From an uncultured bacterium (GTDB taxonomy: Bacteria > UBP6 > UBA1177), in contig CAMZDX010000001.1 in NCBI GenBank assembly GCA_947305505.1, positions 22,621 to 86,620 of the forward strand: a stretch of 64,000 bases of DNA. The letters run 5' to 3'. Positions 28,259-38,346 of the stretch are shown here, piece by piece. The number at the start of each line of letters is the position of its first letter. Position 1 is the stretch's first letter. The translations under genes were made by a program, and so were the position numbers. Below the pieces are notes generated by a model. It worked only from the letters and a program-made list of their open reading frames with translations, did no database searches and had not been told where the DNA came from.

Positions 28259-28360
28259 AATTATTTTCGGCTCTGCTGAAAGCTCAGACTAAAATTTGCC
28301 TTTTCGTCTAAGAATTGTATCATAATTATTTTGTTGTTGTTTGATTTCGGAGAAAAAAAA

Positions 28361-30943
28361 ATGAAAAAAATTTTTTTATGTCTGCTGTTTTTCAGCGCTC
28401 TGTTCGTAATGACCGGATGCGGAAAGAAAAATTCCGGTTCGATATACGGAGACTTAGGTGAAGTCGACGGACTTGACGAAATCCAAGGTTCCATTTACGC
28501 TCCGTGTTATCCCGACAAAACCTGCGACGAAAATCTGATCTGCGATAAAAGATACAACATCTGCATAGAACAAGGCAGGAACTGTCCTAACGTCGGTGAA
28601 CCCGAGGAAGAACCGGATGAAGAACCTGATGACGACACACCTTCACCGTGCAATCCCAACCCGTGCCAAAGCATTTCTAACACGAAGGGAGACTGCATCC
28701 TGATCGAAGACAGAACCGATTTCCGCTGTCTCTGCGAACCAAACTACACCTGGAACGAACAGACAAAAACATGCGACGAAGGCTCCAGAGACTATTACTG
28801 TTCAGGTCTTCCTTCACACGCTGAATGGAACACTGTTTCAAGAATAACTCAGACTTGGAACGGTAACACATGGGTTCCGAGCACAGTGGGAGTGTACGAC
28901 ATAAATCCGAGCACGACCGAATGTCATTTCAAGTGTAAGGAAAATTATATTTGGGACGGAAAATCGTGCAATGCCGAAACCATAACAGCGAAATGCACCG
29001 GACTTCCAGAAAATGCAAAATGGAACACTGTCTCATCCATTCCTCAGACTTGGAACGGCCATTCATGGACTCCGGATACTCAAGGAACATACAATGAAAC
29101 TCCAAGTACTACCCAGTGCAGATTCAAATGCAACGACAACTATTATTATCACGGAGTTGAATGTGTGACACCATGCACCGAAGACATCTGCGACATTCCT
29201 AATTCAACAGGTCTCTGCAATATTTTGAACTGGGATCAGTACAGCTGCGAATGTGAAGAAAACTACACTTGGAACGACTCCACGCGGACTTGCGACGCAA
29301 ATTCACAAATCGTGAAATGCATCGATCTTCCCGACAACGCTGTATGGAACATCGTGGCAAGCGTCACTCAGGTATGGAACGGTACGGAATGGCTGCCTAC
29401 CAATGAAAGTATTTACAGCGAGACATCAAGCTCAAATGAATGCAGATACAAGTGTAAAACCAACTATTCATGGGAAAATTCACAGTGCATTCCGAGTTCC
29501 AGAACTTCAGATTGTACCGGACTTCCAGTCCATGCATCCTGGAACAACGGCTCTACCGTCTCACAGACATGGACCGGTTCCGTGTGGTCTCCCAGCACGA
29601 TAGGAACATACAACAAGAATCCCGGGGCAACGCCCTGCACGTTCCAGTGTGATGAAGATTACCACTGGGAAAATCCTCACTGCGTATCCGACAAAAAAGA
29701 CACTCTCTGCACGGGTCTGCCGGAGAACGCAAAGTGGAATTCCGCTTCGGGAATAACACAGACATGGAAAAACAACGCCTGGACTCCGGATACGACAGGT
29801 AAATACAACGCTTCTCCAAGCACGTCGGAATGCAGATTCAAATGTAAGGACAACTATTTCTGGGACGGAACCAGATGTGTTACATCTCCATGCGGTCAAA
29901 AACTCTGCGACATAGACAATGCAACGGGCGTCTGTATTCCGAAAGGAGCGAACAAATACGCCTGTGAATGCGACGCTGGATTCTACTGGTGGGATAATCT
30001 CGGATGCACCGACAAGAAACCTCTTTCGTTAGGCAATATCTGTACCGGTCAGAACAAGTGTTTCAACAACAGCAGCGAAATTGCATGCCCCGCCGAAGGA
30101 GCTGATTTCTACGGTCAGGATGCGCAGCATACCGCACTCGGAAAATGCACTGCGAAAAGTTTCACCGTCAAAACCGTTGCAGAGCAGAAAATAGTCGTTG
30201 ACAACAACACAGGTCTTGAATGGCAGCAAGCCGCTCCGAGCCAGAAATACTCATGGGAAAATGCAAAAGACTACTGCAGCGGTCTTGTATACGGCGGGCA
30301 TACCGGCTGGCGTCTTCCGACACCGCAGGAATTTCTTACAATCATAGACAACAGCAGGTACAATCTCGCTTTGAATGTAACATACTTCACGAATATGCCG
30401 TCAAATCAGCTGGCATATATGTGGACATCCAAAGAAGCTCCCGAGGATCCTGACACAGCCATTACGGCAAATGTTTATTACGGTTCCATCCATCGCGGCG
30501 AAGATTATCCAAAAACAAATCAGTATAATATTATCTGCGTTTGGGGCGATGAAATACCGGCAGGATCTTTCACGACTTCGACATTGGGCGACGACGATGA
30601 GGATGTAGTTATTGATTCCACTACAGGTCTCATGTGGCAGAAAACTATTGAGACGAAAACCTGGCAAGAGGCTCTTTCCCATTGCGAAAATCTGGATTAT
30701 GCGGGATATTCCGACTGGAGACTGCCGAACAGAAACGAACTTGCGTCTCTTGTAAAATTTGATCTCTACCAACCGGCATCCGATTTCCCCGACATGCCCG
30801 AAGACGAATACTTCTGGACATCCTCCTACTTACCGACAAATCAAATTACCGGAGTAACTCTTGATTCCATTACCGGAACTTTCGGTCTCGGACATCCCAA
30901 GACATACTCGAAATCCGTCCGCTGCGTAAGAAACAATAATTAA
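28361..30943 (+). CDS. Secreted lipoprotein: six ~58-aa Cys-containing repeats + EGF-like modules + two C-terminal DUF1566/Fib_succ_major-like domains
   Basis: Signal MKKIFLCLLFFSALFVMTGCG. Repeats C(T/S)GLP-x-(N/H)A-x-WN-x-(V/A)S-x-(I/V)TQTWNG-x-x-W-x-P-x-x-x-G-x-Y-x-x-x-PS(T/S)xxC-x-FKC. The C-terminus has two copies of ...E/MWQ...W-x-x-A-x-x-C-x-x-L...GY/HTGWRLP(T/N)-x-x-E(F/L)-x-x-L... (Lcl C-terminal/DUF1566 signature). Confidence 0.75.
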   Translation: MKKIFLCLLFFSALFVMTGCGKKNSGSIYGDLGEVDGLDEIQGSIYAPCYPDKTCDENLICDKRYNICIEQGRNCPNVGEPEEEPDEEPDDDTPSPCNPNPCQSISNTKGDCILIEDRTDFRCLCEPNYTWNEQTKTCDEGSRDYYCSGLPSHAEWNTVSRITQTWNGNTWVPSTVGVYDINPSTTECHFKCKENYIWDGKSCNAETITAKCTGLPENAKWNTVSSIPQTWNGHSWTPDTQGTYNETPSTTQCRFKCNDNYYYHGVECVTPCTEDICDIPNSTGLCNILNWDQYSCECEENYTWNDSTRTCDANSQIVKCIDLPDNAVWNIVASVTQVWNGTEWLPTNESIYSETSSSNECRYKCKTNYSWENSQCIPSSRTSDCTGLPVHASWNNGSTVSQTWTGSVWSPSTIGTYNKNPGATPCTFQCDEDYHWENPHCVSDKKDTLCTGLPENAKWNSASGITQTWKNNAWTPDTTGKYNASPSTSECRFKCKDNYFWDGTRCVTSPCGQKLCDIDNATGVCIPKGANKYACECDAGFYWWDNLGCTDKKPLSLGNICTGQNKCFNNSSEIACPAEGADFYGQDAQHTALGKCTAKSFTVKTVAEQKIVVDNNTGLEWQQAAPSQKYSWENAKDYCSGLVYGGHTGWRLPTPQEFLTIIDNSRYNLALNVTYFTNMPSNQLAYMWTSKEAPEDPDTAITANVYYGSIHRGEDYPKTNQYNIICVWGDEIPAGSFTTSTLGDDDEDVVIDSTTGLMWQKTIETKTWQEALSHCENLDYAGYSDWRLPNRNELASLVKFDLYQPASDFPDMPEDEYFWTSSYLPTNQITGVTLDSITGTFGLGHPKTYSKSVRCVRNNN

Positions 30944-31042
30944 CTCAAACATCGACATTATCTTTTCGCACTTACTTGCAAGAAAATGAAATAAATTTAA
31001 TATGCCGCTTGTTTCTGGTTCGGTTTTTTTACGGAGGGTTAT

Positions 31043-32020
31043 ATGGAATTCGGCGAATTGAATGAAAAAATCAGAGCTCACGCGCTGACGATAAACGCTC
31101 TGAAATCGGAAATTTCAAAAGTTATAGTCGGTCAGGAAGAAATGGTCGAAGCGCTCATAATGGGCATGATCGGCGAAGGTCACATCCTGCTCGAAGGCGT
31201 TCCGGGACTTGCAAAAACGACCGCCGTCAAGGCTTTTGCAGACTCGACCGACCTCGATTTTCAGAGGATACAGTTTACGCCCGATCTGCTTCCCGCGGAT
31301 ATAATCGGAAGCAGGATCTTCAACATGACCGAGCACAATTTCGAGACGAAAAAAGGTGTTATTTTCTCGAACGTCATCCTTGCCGACGAGATAAACCGTG
31401 CACCGGCAAAAGTTCAGTCGGCTCTTCTTGAAGCGATGCAGGAGCGTCAGGTCACGATCGGCGGCGACACTTATCCCCTTCCCGACCCGTTCATCGTTCT
31501 GGCGACGCAGAACCCGCTTGAGCAGGAAGGGACCTATCCGCTTCCCGAAGCTCAGGTCGACAGGTTCATGTTCAAAGTGCTCATCGACTATCCGACGCAG
31601 GATGAAGAGCTTAAGATCATCGAAAAATTCGAAAGACGCGAACTCACGCAGAAACTCAATAAAATCCTGAACAAAGCAGAAATAAAAGAGTGGCAGGAAA
31701 TAGCAAAACAGATCTACACCGACGACAGAATCAAAAAATATGTCATTTCCATCGTTTCGGAAACGAGACAGCCGAAAGAGCGTACTATCGCGCAGCTCAT
31801 CGATGTCGGAGCAAGCCCGCGTGCAAGCATTTTCCTCATTCTGGCAGGCAGGATCCGCGCTTTCATCGAAGGCAGAACTTTCGTAACGCCCGAAGACATC
31901 AAGGAAGTCGCATATCCGGTGCTGCGCCACAGAATCATCCCGTCATTCGAAGCCGAAGCCGAAAAAATCTCAACCGACAAAATCATCTCGGAACTGCTGA
32001 ACAGAGTCGAGGTTCCTTAA
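31043..32020 (+). CDS. MoxR-family AAA+ ATPase
   Basis: Walker A GVPGLAKT. Walker B ILADEINRAPAKVQSALLEAMQERQVTIGG. Sensor/arginine finger region. Typical MoxR length (325 aa). Confidence 0.85.
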   Translation: MEFGELNEKIRAHALTINALKSEISKVIVGQEEMVEALIMGMIGEGHILLEGVPGLAKTTAVKAFADSTDLDFQRIQFTPDLLPADIIGSRIFNMTEHNFETKKGVIFSNVILADEINRAPAKVQSALLEAMQERQVTIGGDTYPLPDPFIVLATQNPLEQEGTYPLPEAQVDRFMFKVLIDYPTQDEELKIIEKFERRELTQKLNKILNKAEIKEWQEIAKQIYTDDRIKKYVISIVSETRQPKERTIAQLIDVGASPRASIFLILAGRIRAFIEGRTFVTPEDIKEVAYPVLRHRIIPSFEAEAEKISTDKIISELLNRVEVP

Positions 32021-32094
32021 AAACCTCGGGCACCGCAACAATTGACTATATTTATTTTTTTATTAAAATAATTGGTCATTTGTTGGAGGAAATT

Positions 32095-34533
32095 ATGCCC
32101 GGAGTAAAAACTTCACTTTTTTTTCTTATATTTTCAATGGTTTTCGTACTAGGTGCAGCAACTTTTCCTCAGGAATCCATGCTGTCGATAAACCGCTTTC
32201 CGCAAAATTCCGATGTTTTTGAAGATTATCAGATTCAGACTCAGACAAAAATGATTCTCAATCCGACGATCAACGGAATTTTGTATCCGGTCATAGGCTT
32301 TCCGGCGATGGTGACACCTGACGAACCGTGCTTTTCGGTCATTTTCAGATTCATACAAGACCCGGGCATCGCCACCAATCCAAGCATCGAGTATTTGAAA
32401 ATCGTCCGTTTAGACGAAAGCGGCATGACTGAATTTCTGAACTTCGGCGGTGAGATTGTAAAAAGATTCGATGTCAAAATCATCAACGCAGATGCGAATA
32501 TCGCTAAAATTTCAGTGTGCGGCTTTGTTCTGCCTGAAGCAAAATACGATGTTATATTGAAACAAAGCTACCAAAACGAGATGATCTCGCGCAACGCCGT
32601 TTTCTTTCCGCACTATGAAGAAAGCGATCCGACAAAATTCCTCATCGTTGCAGACCCGCAGATCGAGGATCTTCTGAGCAAAAGAACGGACGACATGAAC
32701 TTCAACCCTGAAAATTATCCTTTCCATGCCGACAAATCGCTGCTCGACTACGATCAGCAGTTCGGAATCATAAAAGCGACATTTTCCCAGTTAAATTCGG
32801 CGGATACAAACTTCACAGTTATGCTCGGCGATATCGCCTACGGAATAGACTACCAGCAGGAATACTCGGATTTTTACGACATGATGACAAAACTTGAAAT
32901 TCCGATGTTCTCGATTCCCGGCAACCACGACGGATATGCCCAGTTTACAACAGTTGATGACCTGACATCACCTCTCGAATCGGATGGTCTTGAATACTGG
33001 GCAAAGTTTTTAGGTCCGATGAACAACGCCTTCAATTTCAGGAACAAAACATATCTGCTTCTCAACGCCTACGACGGAACTCCGCAGAGACGTGCAAGCA
33101 ACCAGATCGGAATCGGCGATACCGGCGCTTCTCCCGTTGCGAACTGGGGCGGATACCTTGCCGAAAAAACACTGAAATGGGCTGAAATCATGCTTGAAGA
33201 CAATGATGTTGCGGCTGTTTTCGGTCACATGACGCCGCTCGGACAGGATGCAACCGGAAAATACCACGCGAACAGATCGTTTTCGAAGATATACGGGATC
33301 GTGAGCGTCATCGACGATCAGGAATGGAACTTTGATTCTTCTTCGTGGGATAGCGGTGCGTTCGAATGGGACTTCGATTCAAATTTGTGGGTCATCGATG
33401 AGTTCAACTCTAATGAAACCCAGAAATATAACAACGGGATCCTGCTCACGTCATTCCTCACGAAAAAGGCTAATCCGCCGATATATTTCTCCGGTCACAC
33501 GCACCATGACAAGATTTTTACTTTCGAGAAAGGTAAAAAACTTCTTGAAAATGTCGATGTTGATCTTACCGCGCCCGACAAAATGGAATTCATAATGACA
33601 ACCACAATGGCAACGAGCGGAAGCGGCGACTACTGGGGTTTCAGAAGAGTCGAAATGTCGGATGACGAAATCTCCTACAACTACACTTGCGAAAGATACG
33701 AAAACTGCAGCGTCAAAAACGGCAGCGGAATGCAGTCGGTTCCTTCCGGCAATCTGTGGGTAAATTACTCGTGGCAGCACGGCTCGGAAAATAAAGAATC
33801 GATTTTTGCAGGCGGCGACGGCACGGCGATAAAAGTAACCGCCGAAATCGTTAACTACCTCCCGACAGAAGAAGATGTCACGCTCCGTTTCATCATGCCT
33901 GTATCGGAATCAGGATACCAAATCGACAACGAAAACTTTAAAATCGTCGATGCGGCAGCTTCAGCCGACCAATCGAACAAAGTTATCATCATAGCGAAAG
34001 GAAAAATCGCGGCAGGAAGCGAACTCGATGCTTTCTACAACAGAAATTTCACGAAATTCACCGACTACGTAACGATTTCGCCGATCACAGAAGGCAAAGC
34101 CCCTGTTCCGGAAATCGAATATACGCAATATGTCGAACATACACAGGAAGAAGTTACTGTTCCGGCAAGCGCGAAAGTCCTCAACGCCGACAAATTCGCA
34201 TCGCTTATCTGGCAGAAGCAAGACGATTGGAGTGATAAAATTTTTGATTTTGCTTACGGCGAAAGTTTTGAAGACGACAACATCGCATTCTGCATAAATG
34301 ATCTTAAATTTTATCTCAGATATACGACTCCGAACGGAGCGTCAGGCATCACCAGTTTCTATGTCGAATGCAGAATCAAGGAAGAACCATGGACAGACGA
34401 TGACTGTTGTGCCGATGACGACAGTCAGGAAAGCGGAATTCCGGACATTGAACCGGACGAAAGCGAAGAACCTGATGATATTGAAACAACAAATAAAAAG
34501 AGCGGCAAAGGCTGCTCGGCACTCATTTTATAG
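32095..34533 (+). CDS. Exported calcineurin-like metallophosphoesterase (purple-acid-phosphatase-like), 812 aa, acidic C-terminal tail
   Basis: Signal peptide MPGVKTSLFFLIFSMVFVLGAATFP (ATG 32095, GGAGGA RBS). Phosphoesterase motifs LGDIAYG, IPGNHDGY, FSGHTHHD. C-terminal D/E-rich tail ending KKSGKGCSALIL. The track ORF 31690.. is an upstream read-through. Confidence 0.75.
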   Translation: MPGVKTSLFFLIFSMVFVLGAATFPQESMLSINRFPQNSDVFEDYQIQTQTKMILNPTINGILYPVIGFPAMVTPDEPCFSVIFRFIQDPGIATNPSIEYLKIVRLDESGMTEFLNFGGEIVKRFDVKIINADANIAKISVCGFVLPEAKYDVILKQSYQNEMISRNAVFFPHYEESDPTKFLIVADPQIEDLLSKRTDDMNFNPENYPFHADKSLLDYDQQFGIIKATFSQLNSADTNFTVMLGDIAYGIDYQQEYSDFYDMMTKLEIPMFSIPGNHDGYAQFTTVDDLTSPLESDGLEYWAKFLGPMNNAFNFRNKTYLLLNAYDGTPQRRASNQIGIGDTGASPVANWGGYLAEKTLKWAEIMLEDNDVAAVFGHMTPLGQDATGKYHANRSFSKIYGIVSVIDDQEWNFDSSSWDSGAFEWDFDSNLWVIDEFNSNETQKYNNGILLTSFLTKKANPPIYFSGHTHHDKIFTFEKGKKLLENVDVDLTAPDKMEFIMTTTMATSGSGDYWGFRRVEMSDDEISYNYTCERYENCSVKNGSGMQSVPSGNLWVNYSWQHGSENKESIFAGGDGTAIKVTAEIVNYLPTEEDVTLRFIMPVSESGYQIDNENFKIVDAAASADQSNKVIIIAKGKIAAGSELDAFYNRNFTKFTDYVTISPITEGKAPVPEIEYTQYVEHTQEEVTVPASAKVLNADKFASLIWQKQDDWSDKIFDFAYGESFEDDNIAFCINDLKFYLRYTTPNGASGITSFYVECRIKEEPWTDDDCCADDDSQESGIPDIEPDESEEPDDIETTNKKSGKGCSALIL

Positions 34534-34542
34534 GAGGATTTC

Positions 34543-36531
34543 ATGAAGATTTCCAGATTCATTCTCATTTTTACCGCAGCTTTGATTTTTGCTGCATGCA
34601 GCGGCAGCGGATCAGGCTCGATTTACGATTATCCGGATGATGAAGGCAATTCAGGCAAAACGGACAACGACAAAGATTCTGCCGGTAAAGACGATTCGGA
34701 AGGACATGACGATTCTGACAGCGAAGAAATCCAGGATCATTCAGGCACCGAAGATTCCGACGAAAACCTGAACGATTCGGATCAACCGGAAATAACCGAT
34801 GACCCCGAAAACGACAGTGATGAAATTTCGGACGGAGATTCGGCTGAAAACGACGGAGAGCCTGCAGAACCGGACGGCGACACCGCAGACACGACGGATA
34901 ACGACGAACCCGATTCGGGAAACGACTACGACAGCGATTCAACCGATTCAGGCAGTGAAACCGACAACGATTCAACGGACAGCGGAGATGACAGCGAAAG
35001 TCCTGACGGCTCGGAAACTCCAGACGGTGAAACTCCCGACAGCGAAGAACCGGACAGCGATTCAGGGATTGAAATTCCGGACGGTTCCGAGATTCCCGAC
35101 GGCGAAATAAACTTTGACAATGCGGTTTATGTCGATCAGTTCGGCACAGGCAGCGATTCAAACAGCGGAACTCCGACTGCACCTGTCGCAACTCTCAAGA
35201 AGGCAATAGAACTTTCAAGTGCGCTCGGCAGAAATCAGATAATTGTATCGTGGGGTTATTTTGATGAAATTCCGGCACTGAAAAGCGGAGTTTCAATTTT
35301 CGGCGGATATTTCAACGACGGCGGCACTTGGATAGAAACTGACGACATCAACTTACTGCCTGTTTTGGAAGCTCCGGCATCGGGTCTGATTATGAACCAG
35401 CTTCAGAACATAACACTGTCGAACATACAGATCAACTCTGCTGCACCTTCGTACCAAGGCGGAAGTTCGATCGGACTCATCCTCAACAAATGCAAAAATA
35501 TAAGACTTCAGAAAATCAGAATAGAAACTCAAAACGGCGCAGACGGCGAGGACGGCGCAGACGGTGAAGACGGCGACGACGGCGGTGACGGCGGAGAAGG
35601 TATTTCAGGCTGTGAAGAAACAGGCGGCGGCTGGATATCAGATGGAATAGTCAGTATTTTTTGTGAAATTTCATGCAACCCCAAACCCTTTGGAGCGGCA
35701 GGCGGAGCTTCCATATGCGGAGCAGGCGGCGGCAAAGGCGGCGATGCCGGTAAGGCCAGAAATAACGGTTCCGCCGGAGCAAACGGCGCAGGTTCGACAT
35801 CGAACGGAGGAGCAGGCGGTAGCACAAAATATTGGGATGGCGGCACTTATGGAGAATGTACATTTAATTCTTCTGAAGACATAAACGGCAAACCCGGTGA
35901 AAACGGCGGAACCGGTGAAGACGGAATCGGAGGAACAAGTTTAGGAACATTTTCATCATTAGGCTACACTCCTTCTGACGGCACAGACGGTGAAAACGGT
36001 GAAAACGGCCAAGGCGGCGGCGGCGGCGGCGGCGGCAAAGGTGGAGTTGCAAATTGCAACAGTTACGGCAGCAGCGGCGGCGGCGGCGGTGCAGGCGGCT
36101 GCGGCGGCGGCGGCGGCAAAGGCGGTAAAGGCGGAGGAGCAAGTGTAGCACTTATCGCCATTTCATCTCAAAATATTTATGTTGAAGATCCTTTCTTTAA
36201 AACAGGTAACGGCGGTAACGGCGGTAAAGGCGGAACTTACGGAGTACCTGGTACAGGCGGCTTCGGCGGACGCAGCGGACAATACAGCGGCGACAGCGAA
36301 CAGGATGACGGCGGCTGCGGTGGTTACGGCGGTGACGGCGGAAACGGCGGTTTCGGCGGTGACGGCGGCGGCGGCGGCGGCGGTCCTACAGCATGTATCG
36401 TCACTGTCGGCACCAGCGACGTTTATTACAGCGGCATGACATGCAGTCTCGGTGCCCCTGGAAACGGCGGAGACAGCGATGTAAACATCGGCGAAAACGG
36501 TTATAGCGCGAATATTATCAATCAAGAATAA
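34543..36531 (+). CDS. Lipoprotein: acidic disordered linker + DUF1565-like right-handed beta-helix region + ~300-aa Gly-rich low-complexity C-terminus
   Basis: Signal MKISRFILIFTAALIFAACSG. ~170 aa D/S/E-rich. YVDQFGTGSDSNSGTPTAPVATLKKAIELS matches the DUF1565 N-terminal motif. Then GGxGGxG... tracts encoded by GGC repeats. Confidence 0.65.
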   Translation: MKISRFILIFTAALIFAACSGSGSGSIYDYPDDEGNSGKTDNDKDSAGKDDSEGHDDSDSEEIQDHSGTEDSDENLNDSDQPEITDDPENDSDEISDGDSAENDGEPAEPDGDTADTTDNDEPDSGNDYDSDSTDSGSETDNDSTDSGDDSESPDGSETPDGETPDSEEPDSDSGIEIPDGSEIPDGEINFDNAVYVDQFGTGSDSNSGTPTAPVATLKKAIELSSALGRNQIIVSWGYFDEIPALKSGVSIFGGYFNDGGTWIETDDINLLPVLEAPASGLIMNQLQNITLSNIQINSAAPSYQGGSSIGLILNKCKNIRLQKIRIETQNGADGEDGADGEDGDDGGDGGEGISGCEETGGGWISDGIVSIFCEISCNPKPFGAAGGASICGAGGGKGGDAGKARNNGSAGANGAGSTSNGGAGGSTKYWDGGTYGECTFNSSEDINGKPGENGGTGEDGIGGTSLGTFSSLGYTPSDGTDGENGENGQGGGGGGGGKGGVANCNSYGSSGGGGGAGGCGGGGGKGGKGGGASVALIAISSQNIYVEDPFFKTGNGGNGGKGGTYGVPGTGGFGGRSGQYSGDSEQDDGGCGGYGGDGGNGGFGGDGGGGGGGPTACIVTVGTSDVYYSGMTCSLGAPGNGGDSDVNIGENGYSANIINQE

Positions 36532-36558
36532 ATCACAAAACTTTCGGGAGATTTTCTC

Positions 36559-37599
36559 ATGTGGAGACAAGCCGTATCGGTACCGCAGAAACTTGCGGTA
36601 ATCAACGGACTCCTGCCGCTCACGGCAAGTGAATTTTTAAAAGCTCTCATATTTTTCTGCGGCGATGAAGACGAAACCGTACAGAAAGCGGCAATCGACA
36701 AACTGCGGTTTACCCAGTCGAACGAAATAAAAAAGATAATTTCGCCCGAAATCCCTGAAAATTCGGTCAAAACACTGACAAAACTTGCCGGTGAAAGAAG
36801 AGATTCTTCAATCATTATTTCCCTTTTACTGACAGGAAAACTTCAAAGAAACTGGATACTCGAGTTTCTTGCCACAAACGACCGTACTTTCTGGACCACA
36901 TTAGTCACACACAAGGATTTCGTTGAATTCACACTGCCTCAGAAAGAAGATTTCAAAGCACTTCTTTCGGCAATCAGCGACGTCCTGATTTCTCTTTACG
37001 AAGAGCAGCTCTCCTACTTTGCAGACAAAACTGTTGAAACTGAAACGGAACAACAGGCGGAACAGCCTGAAGAAATGGAGATCGGAGAAGATGAAGATGA
37101 AGAAGTTGTCGAACTTGAAGACACGATCTTCGATTTCCCGGACTTCCTCACTTCCGAGACAGCTTTTGACGGTTTAAGCGCCGACGATATGCTCGAACAG
37201 CGCAAAACCATTGCCGAAGCACTGAGAGACATGAATGTCGGTCAGAAAATCAAAGTGGCGATGCTCGGCAATCTCGAAGTCAGAAAAATTCTCATCAAAG
37301 ATCCGCGCAAACAGATTGTCATGGCAGTTTTGGGAAACGCGAGAATCACCGACAAAGAGGTCGCTTCAATTGCCGCAGATCCTTCCTCTTCACTTGATGC
37401 GATAAGCTTCATCGCCTCGAACAAGGCTTTGAGCAAAAGTTACCAGGTAAAACTCGCACTCGTCAACAACCCTAAAACTCCGATGAAAACAGCCCTGATG
37501 CTTCTCGAAACAATAAGGATGAACGACCTCAAAAACATTGCAAAAAGCCGCAATGTTTCAAACGTAATCAAGCAGAGAGCAGCTAAAAAAGTAAAATAA
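36559..37599 (+). CDS. Hypothetical alpha-helical protein (346 aa) with acidic central stretch
   Basis: ORF 27 nt downstream of the preceding gene on the same strand. No motif recognised. Confidence 0.55.
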   Translation: MWRQAVSVPQKLAVINGLLPLTASEFLKALIFFCGDEDETVQKAAIDKLRFTQSNEIKKIISPEIPENSVKTLTKLAGERRDSSIIISLLLTGKLQRNWILEFLATNDRTFWTTLVTHKDFVEFTLPQKEDFKALLSAISDVLISLYEEQLSYFADKTVETETEQQAEQPEEMEIGEDEDEEVVELEDTIFDFPDFLTSETAFDGLSADDMLEQRKTIAEALRDMNVGQKIKVAMLGNLEVRKILIKDPRKQIVMAVLGNARITDKEVASIAADPSSSLDAISFIASNKALSKSYQVKLALVNNPKTPMKTALMLLETIRMNDLKNIAKSRNVSNVIKQRAAKKVK

Positions 37600-37623
37600 C
37601 TTCGAGATTTCGATATTTCGAGA

Positions 37624-38346
37624 TCACTTTTTTCCCGAAAGTTTCGTCAATTTATATAAATACTGGACTTCTTCTTCAGTGAGCCTTCTGATTTCACCCG
37701 GTTTCAGTCCCCGGCACGTGATGTTTCCGAAGGCGAATCTTTCAAGTTCCAGAACGCGGCAGTTCAAAGCCTTGAATAGCTCTTTGACTTCGCGCTTTTT
37801 CCCTTCGTGAAGAGAAACCGTGACATCAGAAACTCTGCCTCGCTTCGATGTTATAGAAACAGCTTCCGCCTGCATCAATAAGCCTTCGACCTCAATTCCA
37901 GACTTCATCATTTCAGCTTTTTCCGGCGTGAAATCACCGAGAACTTTTGCGCGGTAGATTTTGCGGACACCGAAAGAAGGATGAGTCAGACGGTATGCAA
38001 GTTCGCCGTCATTCGTGAGCAGAAGAACTCCCGTCGTATCAAAATCAAGCCGACCGACAGGAACAGCATGAGAACCTTTAGGAAGAAAATCGGTGACGAC
38101 TTTGCGCCCTCTGTCATCGCTTGCGGCAGAAATTACATTTGCCGGCTTATTCAAAAGGAAATAATCGTAACTGCTTGGAACGACCAATTTTCTGCCGTTA
38201 TATTCAACGACATCCTTTTCAGGCTCGACCTCGTCTGCAAGGACGGCAACACGCCCGTTTATTGTGATTTTTCCGGCATTTATGAGTTCTTCCGATTTAC
38301 GTCTTGAAGCAACTTTGCAGAGTGCGAGGAAACGGTTTATGCGCAT
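37624..38346 (-). CDS. Pseudouridine synthase, RsuA/RluB/RluE family (S4 + PseudoU_synth_2)
   Basis: S4 domain MRINRFLALCKVASRRKSEELINAGKITINGR. Catalytic motif GRLDFDTTGVLLLTNDG. Confidence 0.8.
   Translation of the reverse strand: MRINRFLALCKVASRRKSEELINAGKITINGRVAVLADEVEPEKDVVEYNGRKLVVPSSYDYFLLNKPANVISAASDDRGRKVVTDFLPKGSHAVPVGRLDFDTTGVLLLTNDGELAYRLTHPSFGVRKIYRAKVLGDFTPEKAEMMKSGIEVEGLLMQAEAVSITSKRGRVSDVTVSLHEGKKREVKELFKALNCRVLELERFAFGNITCRGLKPGEIRRLTEEEVQYLYKLTKLSGKK

Noticed and set aside
31115-31930. 271-aa minus-strand ORF antisense to MoxR, and the 31690..32094 5' extension of the phosphoesterase ORF
   Set aside because: Antisense or read-through. The extension is Arg/His-rich with no RBS, whereas ATG 32095 has a GGAGGA RBS and starts a signal peptide.
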